Shown: in pieces, positions 1 through 9,980 of the stretch | Position numbering within the stretch: position 1 is the first letter of the stretch | Layout of the letters: each line of letters opens with the position of its first letter | Assembly: GCA_037442105.1 (NCBI GenBank) | Contig: JBBIQV010000031.1 | Span: forward strand, 1 to 39,703 | Source of the DNA: Nitrospiraceae bacterium | GTDB lineage: Bacteria > Nitrospirota > Nitrospiria > Nitrospirales > Nitrospiraceae | Reading direction: 5' to 3' | Length of the DNA stretch: 39,703 nucleotides | Program-made: the position numbers and the translations under genes | Notes under the pieces: generated by a model | The model's database searches: none | Told to the model about the DNA's origin: nothing | Seen by the model: only the letters and a program-made list of their open reading frames with translations

Positions 1-20
1 CGCGCCTGGAGGCAGGCAGG

Positions 21-59
21 GGGCCGGGCGTCCGTCAGGGCGCCCGGCCCTTTGTTTTT
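21..59 (+). terminator. Rho-independent terminator
   Basis: 13-bp stem GGGCCGGGCGTCC-gtca-GGGCGCCCGGCCC (one G-U) followed by TTTGTTTTT. Confidence 0.8.
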
Positions 60-93
60 CCTAACGCAGGTGCGCCTAGTTAGTCGGCAACAC

Positions 94-122
94 TTGACGA
101 TGCGAGGGGGCTTCAGTAGAGT
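94..122 (+). promoter_or_regulatory. sigma70-type promoter
   Basis: TTGACG-17 nt-TAGAGT upstream of the ORF at 168. Confidence 0.55.
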
Positions 123-167
123 GTGGGCCGTGACCACGCTTCCGGTTTCCGTTTGGAGGGAGTCAGC

Positions 168-497
168 ATGACGCCTCCGTCCCATGGCCAAGTCCCGTTT
201 GCTGCGCAAGCGGTCCCGTTCGACGAGTTCCTCGCCGGCGGCAGAATTCCCTCCGGACTGATCACCAGCGAGTACATCGCGCAACAGTTCGTCGAGCGAC
301 TGGTGCATTACGTTCTCAGCATTCCATCTGGGAGTTACACCATGGCGCAGTTGGGAAAGTTACTCGAGCAACTGGACCCGCGTGATCAGGTGTTCTTCTT
401 TAAGCGACTAAAAGAAAACAGCCCTGATAGCTTGAAAGACTTCGCTCCGCTCTATTACGGCTTCATGAACGAGTTTCACTCTCTCCTCTTCACGTAG
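168..497 (+). CDS. hypothetical protein
   Basis: ATG168 preceded by GGAGGGAG; plausible globular helical sequence. Confidence 0.7.
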   Translation: MTPPSHGQVPFAAQAVPFDEFLAGGRIPSGLITSEYIAQQFVERLVHYVLSIPSGSYTMAQLGKLLEQLDPRDQVFFFKRLKENSPDSLKDFAPLYYGFMNEFHSLLFT

Positions 498-572
498 AAC
501 AGAAAAAAGCCCTTGTTGCTCCCTTGATCTCATGTATAATTGGGGCAACCGATTCTTGAGACAAGGAGCATT

Positions 573-947
573 ATGAATCCAACTTTGCAACGAGCCGTCA
601 CCAGCTTTTACAACCTCGTCTATGAAGCCCAAACCTTTGCCACCGCCATGGCGAGAATAGATACGGGGGAACAGGAAAATTACGCAGGGAGAATCGAGGG
701 ACTGAATTGGGTCCTCGACCGATGCCAAGAACTCGAGGACATGGACGCTAATCTCACGCCATCTACACTACAGCGCGTCTTGACGGATGTAAAATCTGAC
801 CTGGACCACGAATTATCTGTTCAGCGTCGGGAAAAGGGACGCCGCGCCGACGGCCGCGAAGAAGCCCTCACGTTTGTGGCCGACTATCTTTCCAGCCTCA
901 TCACCGCCACGGAAATCGAATCCGCTAAGACCTCCGTCCAAGGCTGA
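573..947 (+). CDS. hypothetical helical protein
   Basis: AAGGAG RBS before ATG573; TATAAT at 535-540. Confidence 0.7.
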   Translation: MNPTLQRAVTSFYNLVYEAQTFATAMARIDTGEQENYAGRIEGLNWVLDRCQELEDMDANLTPSTLQRVLTDVKSDLDHELSVQRREKGRRADGREEALTFVADYLSSLITATEIESAKTSVQG

Positions 948-1093
948 CGAGGTGTTTGGCGGTTCGCGGTGCTCCCAATAGGCACGTTGTGGTTTGCGCG
1001 CCGATTGGCCGCCATTCATACCAATGGTATACCGTACGGTCTACTACCACTCAGAGCCCTACAGGGTTGTTTGGTTCCGTGGACAGTTGTCTC

Positions 1094-1318
1094 ATGATTC
1101 GTGAATGGATCATCTTCGCTATCTGTCTTGGCCTAGGCGGGCATATTGCTCTGGGGGTTGTGCTCCATGCTCCAGGCTTCTGGCCCTGGAATTATGCCGC
1201 TCTCTATGGCTTGCTGACAGGGTTCACCCTATACGCAATGGTCCAAGTGGCCCGGTCACTCTGGTGGTTCCTCCGAGGTCGCCGCCGCAAGGTCGCCTCT
1301 CACAGAAAACTTCTGTGA
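1094..1318 (+). CDS. small membrane protein with 2 TM segments
   Basis: two hydrophobic stretches followed by a basic tail RGRRRK. Confidence 0.55.
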   Translation: MIREWIIFAICLGLGGHIALGVVLHAPGFWPWNYAALYGLLTGFTLYAMVQVARSLWWFLRGRRRKVASHRKLL

Positions 1319-1391
1319 CCATGAAAGTGTGGAAGAACCAATGTCCTTCTCCGGTTTGACCAGACCTGATTCCAGTGGGTAAGATTCTCCC

Positions 1392-1685
1392 ATGTCCAAC
1401 ATCCCGAAAATGCCCAAAACACCCCGGTGGCCGCCAGGCATGCATGGACGATCCACGCCGCGCCCCACTCCACCTGGAACAGGTTCCGCGCCGGATCAGT
1501 ACGGCTCATTCCAGGCTTCATTACTTTACTGTCCAACCTGTCGGCAGGCCACGCCCACGCGAGAGCGGCTTCTTCTCGTGCTCCCGACCGGCAACCTATA
1601 CGAGTACCTCTGTATGCAATGCGGGACTTCGACGGGATCGAAAACTGAGAAGCAAGAAGGAGGCGGCCAGTTGTTCCTGCCGTAA
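1392..1685 (+). CDS. small zinc-ribbon protein with Pro-rich N-terminus
   Basis: CPTC...CMQC Cys pairs. Confidence 0.7.
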   Translation: MSNIPKMPKTPRWPPGMHGRSTPRPTPPGTGSAPDQYGSFQASLLYCPTCRQATPTRERLLLVLPTGNLYEYLCMQCGTSTGSKTEKQEGGGQLFLP

Positions 1686-1714
1686 CCTCCTTTCAGCAAA
1701 GGCTGGACAGACCT

Positions 1715-2005
1715 CTATGAGAGTTGTTCGAGCGGAATGCCTTCTTCAATCAACATGACAGGAATATCTTCGCGGATCGGGTAAAGGATCATGCGATCGG
1801 CTCGGATCAGACCGCCATCGAGCTTCTCTATGACTGTCTTCTTGGCCTTATTATAGAGCGTGCCCTGGCTCACTGCCTCATTGAGCTTTTCTATCAACGT
1901 CGTGTCGGCCAGGCTCACCTCCTGCTTCGTCTCCGGGCAACACAGAATCGCCAACAGGTCAGGCGCAATCGTCACCTTCCTCATCGATCCCGATGTCTCT
2001 TCCAT
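1715..2005 (-). CDS. Trm112-family protein
   Basis: LLAILCCPETKQ...LYPIREDIPVML signature; GGAGG before ATG2005 (start uncertain). Confidence 0.85.
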   Translation of the reverse strand: MEETSGSMRKVTIAPDLLAILCCPETKQEVSLADTTLIEKLNEAVSQGTLYNKAKKTVIEKLDGGLIRADRMILYPIREDIPVMLIEEGIPLEQLS

Positions 2006-2157
2006 GATAGCAGCCTCCATGAATGAGGAGATTGAACACTGATCTTGCTGAAAAGATAGTCCCAAAGACAACTTCAGATCAAGAGGTCAAATCGACGCGC
2101 ATTTGCGTGCCGCCCACCCAAATCTGGTACACTGGCCCCCTCATTCTCCACAACGCT

Positions 2158-2787
2158 ATGCTCTCGATACGGAAACTCTCGCAATATTGGCTCACCGGCC
2201 TCCTGCTGCTCGTGCCGGCGTGGGGCACATTCCTTGTGCTTTCCAAGCTGTTCCAAACGCTCGATGAGGTCCTTGCGGATCTCTTCGGCCCTCGTATGCA
2301 ATCGGATATTCCCGGACTCGGCATCCTGGTCTTGGCGGGGTTGATTCTGTTCATCGGGATGGTCGCGAACCACGTCCTCGGCCAGCATGCGGTGCGCTGG
2401 GCGGAGCACTGGCTCGAACGCATCCCGATCGTCCGAACGGTGTTCCTTACCCTCAAGGGAATGACCGACCTGTTCAACTTTCGCTCGCGCTTCGGCCGAA
2501 GCACGGTGGTGGTGTTTCCTTTTCCTCGAGACGGGCTGTGGGCGCTCGGTCTTGTCATGGGAGCCGCGCCGGCCCCGCTCCAAGTAGTGTCCGTCACGGA
2601 ACTCCTCATGGTCTTTGTCCCGACTGCTATCCACCCGTTCACAGGCTATCTGGCCTTTGTGCCGAAAGAGCAGGTTCGCCCCATCAATTTGCCCGCCGAG
2701 GAAGCGATGAAGTTGGAATTCTCGGCCGGGTTATATCGGCCGATTCGAGGCTGGTTGGCGAGTCCCAAGCAGGACATGCCCCGATGA
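2158..2787 (+). CDS. DUF502 family membrane protein
   Basis: GLLLLVP N-terminal TM, RIPIVRTVF, VFVPT..P.TGYL motifs. Confidence 0.85.
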   Translation: MLSIRKLSQYWLTGLLLLVPAWGTFLVLSKLFQTLDEVLADLFGPRMQSDIPGLGILVLAGLILFIGMVANHVLGQHAVRWAEHWLERIPIVRTVFLTLKGMTDLFNFRSRFGRSTVVVFPFPRDGLWALGLVMGAAPAPLQVVSVTELLMVFVPTAIHPFTGYLAFVPKEQVRPINLPAEEAMKLEFSAGLYRPIRGWLASPKQDMPR

Positions 2788-3302
2788 CATTGTTGGAACA
2801 CCTGACAGTCAGACGCGCGCGGCTGGACGATCTGGACCGCCTCACGGAATTCAGCGCAGCGATGGCCCGGGAGACTGAAGGGCGCGTCCTCGATCGCGCG
2901 CGGCTGCAACAGGGTACTCTCGCGGTGCTCGAACAACCGGTCCGCGGCTTCTTCATGGTCGCCGAGGTTCCCCACGGCACGGCACCCCTCGTAGTGGGTC
3001 AACTTCTGATCACCTACGAGTGGAGCGATTGGCGAAACGGCCAGTTTTGGTGGATTCAAAGCGTCTACGTCGATCCGGTCTGGCGGAGAAAAGGCGTATA
3101 CCATCGCATGCATCGGGCGGTGATCGAGCTGGCGCGCCGGTGCAACGATGTCTGCGGGGTCAGGCTCTACGTCGAAACTCAGAATGTAGTGGCACAAGCC
3201 GTCTATCGTCGAGTGGGGTTGAGACCGGCGGGCTATCAGGTATTCGAAGAAGATTTTGTCCTCTCCGAACGGGCCTCTCGGTTTCCGGACTCAGAACAGT
3301 GA
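2784..3302 (+). CDS. GNAT family N-acetyltransferase
   Basis: WIQSVYVDPVWRRKGVY acetyl-CoA motif A; N..AQAVY...G; ATGA overlap with the upstream gene. Confidence 0.9.
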   Translation: MTLLEHLTVRRARLDDLDRLTEFSAAMARETEGRVLDRARLQQGTLAVLEQPVRGFFMVAEVPHGTAPLVVGQLLITYEWSDWRNGQFWWIQSVYVDPVWRRKGVYHRMHRAVIELARRCNDVCGVRLYVETQNVVAQAVYRRVGLRPAGYQVFEEDFVLSERASRFPDSEQ

Positions 3303-3346
3303 GTGATTCACGGTTGTACCGGGTTCCTTCACGCAAGAAGGTGCGC

Positions 3347-3730
3347 ATGAAAACTCTGACCGTTCTCGCCTTGTTCTTCCTCTTTATTCATACGACCGGC
3401 TGCGCCTTTAACCGAGGCACGGTCGGCGACGAGTTGCGCGACGAAGAGGTGAGTTCTCTTAAAAAAGGAGCGACCACCCAGAAAGAGGTTGTCTCTCGTC
3501 TCGGTGCACCGGACCGGATCATCGAGGCCAATGGCAACACGATCTACCAGTATTACCGATACGACATCAAAGCGGGCAGCCTGCTCTTGATCTTGTTGAA
3601 TTTTTCTCGCATCAATATTCGAAGCGATGACCTGTACGTGTTCCTCAACCGGGACGGCGTGGTGGAGGACATCGTTTTTGGGAAGCGGACAAGTCGGCTC
3701 GAATTTCAGTTCTGGCCGTTCGGCGAGTGA
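3347..3730 (+). CDS. lipoprotein, SmpA/OmlA (BamE)-like
   Basis: signal peptide with TGC lipobox; GATTQKEVVSRLGAP motif. Confidence 0.75.
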   Translation: MKTLTVLALFFLFIHTTGCAFNRGTVGDELRDEEVSSLKKGATTQKEVVSRLGAPDRIIEANGNTIYQYYRYDIKAGSLLLILLNFSRINIRSDDLYVFLNRDGVVEDIVFGKRTSRLEFQFWPFGE

Positions 3731-3734
3731 CGGA

Positions 3735-4157
3735 ATGAGCACTGGCAGATTGCTTATGGGATGGGCGGGCCTGCTCTCCATCGCCCTCGCACTGGAAGGG
3801 TGCAGCGCTGCCAGAATATCGGTAAACGATACGCTGAGGCCCGATGACGTGGCCTTCATTGTTCCCGGGAAAACCACCTGGGCTGAAGTCGTTGCCAAGC
3901 TCGGCTCTCCCGACATGCTCGCTGCGTCCGACTCCGGAGCGGTGGGAACGTACCACTTTCTCGATCTGAAGTACTCCCGGGTCAATTTCGGCTGGCTCAT
4001 CAAGCCTTGGTCACCGGTCTCCCCGGACCTCATACTCTCGGGGACAGGGATCGGAATCGACGCATTCGAGATCGTCTGGGACGACCGGTGGGTGGTCAGC
4101 AGCTCTGCGTTCACCCGTCACGCGGAGGGCAACAGCTTCAAGTTCTGGCCATTTTGA
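3735..4157 (+). CDS. lipoprotein, SmpA/OmlA (BamE)-like
   Basis: LEGC lipobox; PGKTTWAEVVAKLGSP motif. Confidence 0.7.
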   Translation: MSTGRLLMGWAGLLSIALALEGCSAARISVNDTLRPDDVAFIVPGKTTWAEVVAKLGSPDMLAASDSGAVGTYHFLDLKYSRVNFGWLIKPWSPVSPDLILSGTGIGIDAFEIVWDDRWVVSSSAFTRHAEGNSFKFWPF

Positions 4158-4182
4158 CGAGCCGCTTCTCCATCCTCACGAA

Positions 4183-4211
4183 TTGCCGCACTGGTCGCAT
4201 CTCGTTATAAT
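4183..4211 (+). promoter_or_regulatory. sigma70-type promoter (very short leader)
   Basis: TTGCCG-17 nt-TATAAT, ending 9 nt before ATG4221. Confidence 0.6.
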
Positions 4212-4220
4212 GACCGCGCT

Positions 4221-5078
4221 ATGAGCCCGGCGACACCGGACCCAAACCAGCCCTTTGACGCCATCCTGCAATCTTCCTCCTATATCCCCGCAGATCACGA
4301 CTCGGAATTCTTGCAGCGGCCAGAACTGCGGCCGATGCGGCTGGGCCTCGAGCTGATGAAGCCGGAACTGCTTCAGCAGGAGCAGGGCATCAGATCGACG
4401 GTCGTCGTCTTCGGAAGCTCGCGGCTCCCGGAACCCGCTCGAGCGCGTGAACGCCTGGCCCATGCGAAGGCCGATCTCTCATCCCATCCTCGCGATCACG
4501 ACCGGAAGCGGGTCGTAGCGATTGCGGAACGTCAGTTGGAACTGGCGCGGTATTATGACGAAGCCCGCGAGTTTGGACGATTGGCTTCGTCTGCCTGTCA
4601 GATTGATAGCCAGTGCGACTTCGTCATAGTCACCGGCGGGGGACCGGGAATCATGGAAGCCGCCAATCGCGGTGCGGCGGACGTCGGGGCCAAATCGATC
4701 GGGCTGAACATTACCCTGCCGCACGAGCAACGGCCGAATCCCTACATCACGCCGGCGCTCTGTTTCCAGTTCCGATACTTCGCACTCAGGAAAATGCATT
4801 TCTTGCTGCGTGCCAAAGCCCTTGTGGCCTTTCCCGGGGGGTTCGGCACGCTCGACGAACTCTTTGAGACGCTCACCTTACTCCAGACCGGCAAGGTCAC
4901 AGGGGTCACGGTCGTGTTGGTGGGCCGTTCCTTCTGGAATCGGCTGATCAATTGGCCGATGCTTGTTGAGGAAGGGTTGATCGGAGCGGAGGACTTGCAG
5001 TTGTTCCATTATGCGGAGACCGCACGGGACGCCTGGGATCTCATTGCAGCGAACCACGGAGTCGGCGGTCGCCCATGA
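4221..5078 (+). CDS. LOG-family (TIGR00730) Rossmann-fold nucleotide phosphoribohydrolase
   Basis: TGGGPGIMEAANRGA and PGGFGTLDE motifs. Confidence 0.92.
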   Translation: MSPATPDPNQPFDAILQSSSYIPADHDSEFLQRPELRPMRLGLELMKPELLQQEQGIRSTVVVFGSSRLPEPARARERLAHAKADLSSHPRDHDRKRVVAIAERQLELARYYDEAREFGRLASSACQIDSQCDFVIVTGGGPGIMEAANRGAADVGAKSIGLNITLPHEQRPNPYITPALCFQFRYFALRKMHFLLRAKALVAFPGGFGTLDELFETLTLLQTGKVTGVTVVLVGRSFWNRLINWPMLVEEGLIGAEDLQLFHYAETARDAWDLIAANHGVGGRP

Positions 5079-6472
5079 ACATCGCGTTCCATGGCGCGGC
5101 GCGATCGGTCACAGGAAGCCGCCACCTGATCGAGACGCCGGGCTATCGAGTCTTGCTCGATTGCGGTCTGTTTCAAGGCCATCGCCACGAAGCCGACCGG
5201 CAAAATCGTGACCTGGGCTTCGACCCGAAATCCGTGGGAGCCGTCCTGCTTTCACACGCGCATATTGATCATTCCGGCGCCCTTCCCGTCCTGAGCAAAC
5301 ACGGATTCTCCGGAAAGGTCTACGGCACGAGGGCGACGGCCGATCTCACCAGAATTATGCTGGAAGATGCCGCCCATATTCAGGAAAGCGACTGCGCGTA
5401 CATTAACCGAAAAGAACTGCGTCGCGGGAGAAAATGTGTTCGTCCCTTCTACGACACGAGCCATGTCCGAGCAATCGCGCGCCGATTCGTCGGAGAACGT
5501 TATGCCGACACGATCAAGATCGCCCCTCGCCTGACCGCCTCCTTCCATGATGCCGGCCATATCTTGGGATCTGCCGCCATCCGGGTGAAGTACTCCGCGC
5601 GAGGCAACACGACCGCCGTGCTCTTTACCGGCGATCTCGGGCGGAAACAGCGGCCTATCCTTCGAGACCCGGATCCTCCACCTTCCTGTGACGTGCTGAT
5701 CGTTGAATCAACCTATGGAGACCGGGTGCACGAAGACGTCGGGGAATCCCTCCCGCGGAAGGTGCTGGAGCTCTTTGCTCATGCCAAAGCCCATCGAAGC
5801 AAAATCATTGTGCCGGCCTTTGCCGTCGGACGGACGCAAGAAATCATCATGCGGATCAAAGCGCTCGTGACGGAAGGGCGGATCGAGCCACTCCCGATCT
5901 ACATCGATTCCCCGCTCGCCAACAAAGCTACCGAGGTCTTCCGGCAGCATCCGGAATGTTTCGACGAAGAGACCTACCGGACCTTTACATCTGAGGGCGA
6001 CCCGTTCGCCGCCCGGTACATCCATTACGTTTCCTCAACGGAAGACAGCAAACGCCTCAACACGATGAAGGGGCCCTGCGTGATCGTTGCCTCGTCCGGC
6101 ATGTGCGAAGGAGGGCGGGTGCTTCATCACCTCAAACATGCCGTCCAAGACGAAACGAACGTCATCGTCATCGTGGGCTTTCAGGCTGAACACACTTTAG
6201 GACGCAAATTGGTCGAAGGCTGGGATGTAGTCCCGATCTTCGGCGTGCCGACGCCACGCCGGGCGCAAGTGGTCAAATTCAACGGATTCTCCGCCCATGC
6301 AGACCGGAACGATCTCTTAAATTATGTCAGATCCATCACCCCGCCGCCGGGCAAAGTCTTCGTGGTACACGGCGAGGAAAAACAAGCGCTGTCACTGGCG
6401 GCCGCCATCCAGACGGAGTACCACGACATGGAGGTGATTGTGCCGCACAAAGGCTCCATCCATGAATTGTAG
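5075..6472 (+). CDS. MBL-fold metallo-hydrolase, beta-CASP RNase family
   Basis: SHAHIDHSG, AGHILGS, TGDLG, ESTYG, PAFAVGR, FSAHAD motifs. Confidence 0.93.
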   Translation: MNIAFHGAARSVTGSRHLIETPGYRVLLDCGLFQGHRHEADRQNRDLGFDPKSVGAVLLSHAHIDHSGALPVLSKHGFSGKVYGTRATADLTRIMLEDAAHIQESDCAYINRKELRRGRKCVRPFYDTSHVRAIARRFVGERYADTIKIAPRLTASFHDAGHILGSAAIRVKYSARGNTTAVLFTGDLGRKQRPILRDPDPPPSCDVLIVESTYGDRVHEDVGESLPRKVLELFAHAKAHRSKIIVPAFAVGRTQEIIMRIKALVTEGRIEPLPIYIDSPLANKATEVFRQHPECFDEETYRTFTSEGDPFAARYIHYVSSTEDSKRLNTMKGPCVIVASSGMCEGGRVLHHLKHAVQDETNVIVIVGFQAEHTLGRKLVEGWDVVPIFGVPTPRRAQVVKFNGFSAHADRNDLLNYVRSITPPPGKVFVVHGEEKQALSLAAAIQTEYHDMEVIVPHKGSIHEL

Positions 6473-7742
6473 ACAAATACCCCGCCGCTCTGACCGATCG
6501 CCAAGGGTGCTGATCATCCTGACGGTCTTCTTGTGCCTGCCATCAGCGTCGTGGAGCGCAGACCGGGCGGTACCGAATGTCGCTGAGGAGCAGCGGTTCC
6601 GCGCACGTGAGCTAGGCATCATCATCGGCCGGCAGCAGCCAGGCCCGCTTAATGCGATCACGGATGTCGCCGGCGTGAAAGTGGGTCACACCACGGTTAT
6701 CAAAGGAGAGGGCCCGTTAAAGCCGGGCGAAGGACCGGTAAGAACCGGTGTTACGGTCGTGATCCCACGGGATGATGTCTGGCACAAAAAAGTCCCCGCC
6801 GGTGCCTTCATCCTCAACGGGACGGGGGAAATGACCGGCCTCGCCTGGGTCGCTGAATCCGGTTTTCTCGAATATCCCATCGCCCTTACCAACACCCTTA
6901 ACGTCCCTCGTGTCGCAAACGGCGTGATGAGCTGGATGATCCGCCGGTATCCGGAGATCGGTATCACGGATGACACTCTTACACCGGTGGTCGCAGAATG
7001 CGATGATGGCCGGCTCAATGATATCCAAGGTCGCCATGTCTCCGAACGAGATGTCATCGCTGCCTTGGATAACGCAGCCGGTGGACCAGTCATCGAAGGA
7101 ACGGTCGGTGCCGGAACCGGCATGGTCTCCTATGGGTTCAAAGGAGGAATCGGCACGGCCTCTCGACGGTTGCCCGAGCAAGAGGGTGGTTACACGGTCG
7201 GAGTACTGGTGAATGCGAATCATGGACGCCGACCGGAGCTGCTCGTCGTTGGCGTCCCGGTCGGCCAACTCTATGACGGCCAGAGAGCCGGCACGAACCG
7301 CGTGAGTCCGCCAGACAGCGAATCGTCCGTACTCGCGCCCGGCACTGAACCAGGCAACGCCGAAGGCTCGATCATCGTCATCATTGCGACGGACGCCCCG
7401 CTGGACGGGCGGCAGCTCACGAGACTGGCCAGACGCGCAGCTCTGGGACTGGCTCGCACCGGGTCCACTGCCCGCCACGGCAGCGGCGACTTCATGCTGG
7501 CATTCTCCACGGCCAACGTCATCCCTCACTATCCCAAAGAGCGGACGTTCAGCATGACGCACCTATCGGACACCCACTTGAATCCGCTGATCGCGGCGAC
7601 CGTTGAGTGCACGGAAGAGGCCATTCTCAACGCACTGACCACGGCCACCACTGTGGTCGGCCGTGATGGGCACCGAGTGGACGCCATCTCACTGGCACGC
7701 CTCCGCTCGCTCATGGAACAGCACACGAGGCCAGTGCCATGA
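6462..7742 (+). CDS. exported DmpA/P1-family aminopeptidase (peptidase S58)
   Basis: signal peptide; NAITDVAGVKVGH, GAGTGM..GFKGGIG, autocleavage site G/SIIVIIATDAPL. Confidence 0.9.
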   Translation: MNCRQIPRRSDRSPRVLIILTVFLCLPSASWSADRAVPNVAEEQRFRARELGIIIGRQQPGPLNAITDVAGVKVGHTTVIKGEGPLKPGEGPVRTGVTVVIPRDDVWHKKVPAGAFILNGTGEMTGLAWVAESGFLEYPIALTNTLNVPRVANGVMSWMIRRYPEIGITDDTLTPVVAECDDGRLNDIQGRHVSERDVIAALDNAAGGPVIEGTVGAGTGMVSYGFKGGIGTASRRLPEQEGGYTVGVLVNANHGRRPELLVVGVPVGQLYDGQRAGTNRVSPPDSESSVLAPGTEPGNAEGSIIVIIATDAPLDGRQLTRLARRAALGLARTGSTARHGSGDFMLAFSTANVIPHYPKERTFSMTHLSDTHLNPLIAATVECTEEAILNALTTATTVVGRDGHRVDAISLARLRSLMEQHTRPVP

Positions 7743-7830
7743 GGCCAACGGTCTGGTCGGTAAACGGCTTGCATTTTCGGCTATCGCCTCGCTATGCTGG
7801 CCTCGCGGTGGCAACGAGCACCGAGGCGAT

Positions 7831-8058
7831 ATGAGCGACTACCAAATCGGCGGGGGGCTACGGCTCCTCACCGCCATCGAGAAGACCCAAGCCTTCGCCG
7901 ATTTTTTGAAAGACCGGATGGTGCGGGCGGTCGAAACGCAAGATCCGACCGAACTCCACTACCTACTTGCTCAGTTGGACGATTACCACTCCTACATGTG
8001 GCGCTACTATAAAAAGCTCGCTAAAGATCGTGGGGAACGCCTCAATCCCGATGTGTAG
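7831..8058 (+). CDS. hypothetical protein
   Basis: GAGG RBS; candidate promoter TTGCAT-18-TATGCT at 7769-7798. Confidence 0.65.
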   Translation: MSDYQIGGGLRLLTAIEKTQAFADFLKDRMVRAVETQDPTELHYLLAQLDDYHSYMWRYYKKLAKDRGERLNPDV

Positions 8059-8164
8059 CGCGCATTATTCATGAGCACTTCTGCTGCAATCGCGCAGTCG
8101 CCTGCCTGTGCGGACACGCAGATAGGCGATTTCGCGATACAAACCAGTTGATGATCCGGATACC

Positions 8165-9367
8165 ATGATGGGTTTGGCAACAGCGTCCCAACTCCGTTTC
8201 GCGTCTGCCGTCACGCGCGCCGCGAACCCGAAATCGGCCGGGCATGATGTCGCGCAACAGATTCGCCGGCAGATCACTGAACCGATCGACCTGGCGTTTC
8301 TCTTCTTTTCGTCGCATTACGCGCCGCGCGTTGAGGACTTGTCTGCCGCCGTGCGCGAGGCGCTATCACCGCGAATATTCCTGGGGTGCTCCGGTGAAGG
8401 CATCATCGCGGGGAGCGAAGAAATTGAAACTGCGCCGGCCGTGACGCTGTGGGCTGCCTCCTTACCGGACGTGGACGCCGTGCCGCTCCGGCTCTCGTTC
8501 TCGCCGGTCCAGGATCAGCTCATCGCGCGGGGATGGCCGGAGGTTGTCGAACGTAGCCCGGTGCGTCCGGTTTTCGTGATACTGGCCGATCCCTTCTCGA
8601 CACCGATGCGAGATGTCTTGTCGATGCTGCAGGAGCGCTATCCTGGCGCGATCGTGATCGGCGGGTTGGCCGGTGGAGGGCATGACTCCGGTGAGAACCG
8701 ACTCCTCTTCCAGAATGAAGCGTTCGACGGAGGATTGGTGGGAGCGAGCCTATCCGGTCCTCTCTCCGTTCACACGGTCATCTCGCAGGGCTGCCGGCCG
8801 GTTGGCGATCGATACGTGGTAACCAAAGCAGAGCACAACGTCATTCATGAGCTCAGTGGTATCCCCGCGCTGGAGTGTTTGCAGACCTTATTCGACTCGT
8901 TCGGGAACGAGCAGCAACGGCACGCGCAGAGGGCCGTGCATCTCGGCATCGTCATCAATGAACACCTGAACCGATTTGAGCGGGGGGACTTCCTCGTGCG
9001 GAACCTGATCGGAGCCGATCAACGTACCGGGGCGATTGCCATCGGGGAGCTTATCCAAGAAGGCCAGACCGTGCAGTTTCATCTTCGTGACGCGCGATCG
9101 GCCAGTGAAGACCTGAATCTTCTGTTGGCAGGGTATCGAACCGCTCACAGGCAGCCTCCACTCGGGGCGCTCTTGTTCAGTTGCTGCGGGAGGGGACAAG
9201 GTCTCTTTGGCCAGCCTCATCATGACGCGCGCGTCCTGCGGGAGCGACTCGGAGAGATCCCGGTGGCGGGATTCTTTGCTCAGGGTGAAATCGGCCCGGT
9301 CGGAGGCAGCAATTTCGTGCACGGCTACACGGCCAGCGTGGCCTTATTTTCCAAGTCCGGTCCGTAA
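8165..9367 (+). CDS. FIST signal-transduction domain protein
   Basis: GCSGEGII, GGLAGG, SQGCRPVG, FSCCGRG, GFFAQGEIGP motifs. Confidence 0.9.
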   Translation: MMGLATASQLRFASAVTRAANPKSAGHDVAQQIRRQITEPIDLAFLFFSSHYAPRVEDLSAAVREALSPRIFLGCSGEGIIAGSEEIETAPAVTLWAASLPDVDAVPLRLSFSPVQDQLIARGWPEVVERSPVRPVFVILADPFSTPMRDVLSMLQERYPGAIVIGGLAGGGHDSGENRLLFQNEAFDGGLVGASLSGPLSVHTVISQGCRPVGDRYVVTKAEHNVIHELSGIPALECLQTLFDSFGNEQQRHAQRAVHLGIVINEHLNRFERGDFLVRNLIGADQRTGAIAIGELIQEGQTVQFHLRDARSASEDLNLLLAGYRTAHRQPPLGALLFSCCGRGQGLFGQPHHDARVLRERLGEIPVAGFFAQGEIGPVGGSNFVHGYTASVALFSKSGP

Positions 9368-9442
9368 CAAGCGGGAGACCGGCTTCTGTATGGCTGCGCG
9401 GGTCTCACAGGTCCTGCGAGATATTCCAAGTATTCGCCCATT

Positions 9443-9898
9443 ATGGAGAGCTCTATGCGCATCGCTCAGGCATTGATCGGCATGTTGATCAGCGTGGCTT
9501 GTCTCGCGTCGGCAGGGGCCGGTGAAGTGAAGGAGGGTGATCAGGCAGGGGGAGGGCAAGAAGTCATGACGGAGTCCGGATTGAAGTACATCGATTTGGT
9601 TGCCGGAAGCGGACGTCAGGCTGAGTTGGGTGACCAAGCGACCGTTCACTACACTGGCTGGCTTGAGAATGGGAAGAAGTTCGACAGTTCGCATGATCAT
9701 GGCCAGCCTTTCTCGTTTCGGGTCGGCGCCGGTCAGGTCATCAAGGGGTGGGATGAAGGTGTGATGGGCATGAAAGTAGGCGGCAAGCGTAAACTGATCA
9801 TTCCACCGGATCTCGGTTATGGCTCGCGTGGTGCCGGCAACGTGATCCCGCCGAATGCGACCCTCACCTTCGATGTAGAGCTGCTCGGCTTACGGTGA
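9443..9898 (+). CDS. FKBP-type peptidyl-prolyl isomerase with signal peptide
   Basis: [37 protein letters not shown]. Confidence 0.95.
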   Translation: MESSMRIAQALIGMLISVACLASAGAGEVKEGDQAGGGQEVMTESGLKYIDLVAGSGRQAELGDQATVHYTGWLENGKKFDSSHDHGQPFSFRVGAGQVIKGWDEGVMGMKVGGKRKLIIPPDLGYGSRGAGNVIPPNATLTFDVELLGLR

Positions 9899-9906
9899 AC
9901 GTCACC

Positions 9907-9970
9907 AAGTCATCACGTCATAAAGTCCAAAGTCTAAAGGACCTTCCGACTTTCGACTTTCAAACTTTGG
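9907..9970. repeat. inverted heptamer tandem array (AAAGTCN / GACTTTN)
   Basis: 9922-9940 vs reverse complement of 9942-9960 match 16/19; 7-nt periodicity. Confidence 0.7.
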
Positions 9971-9980
9971 AACACTCGTC

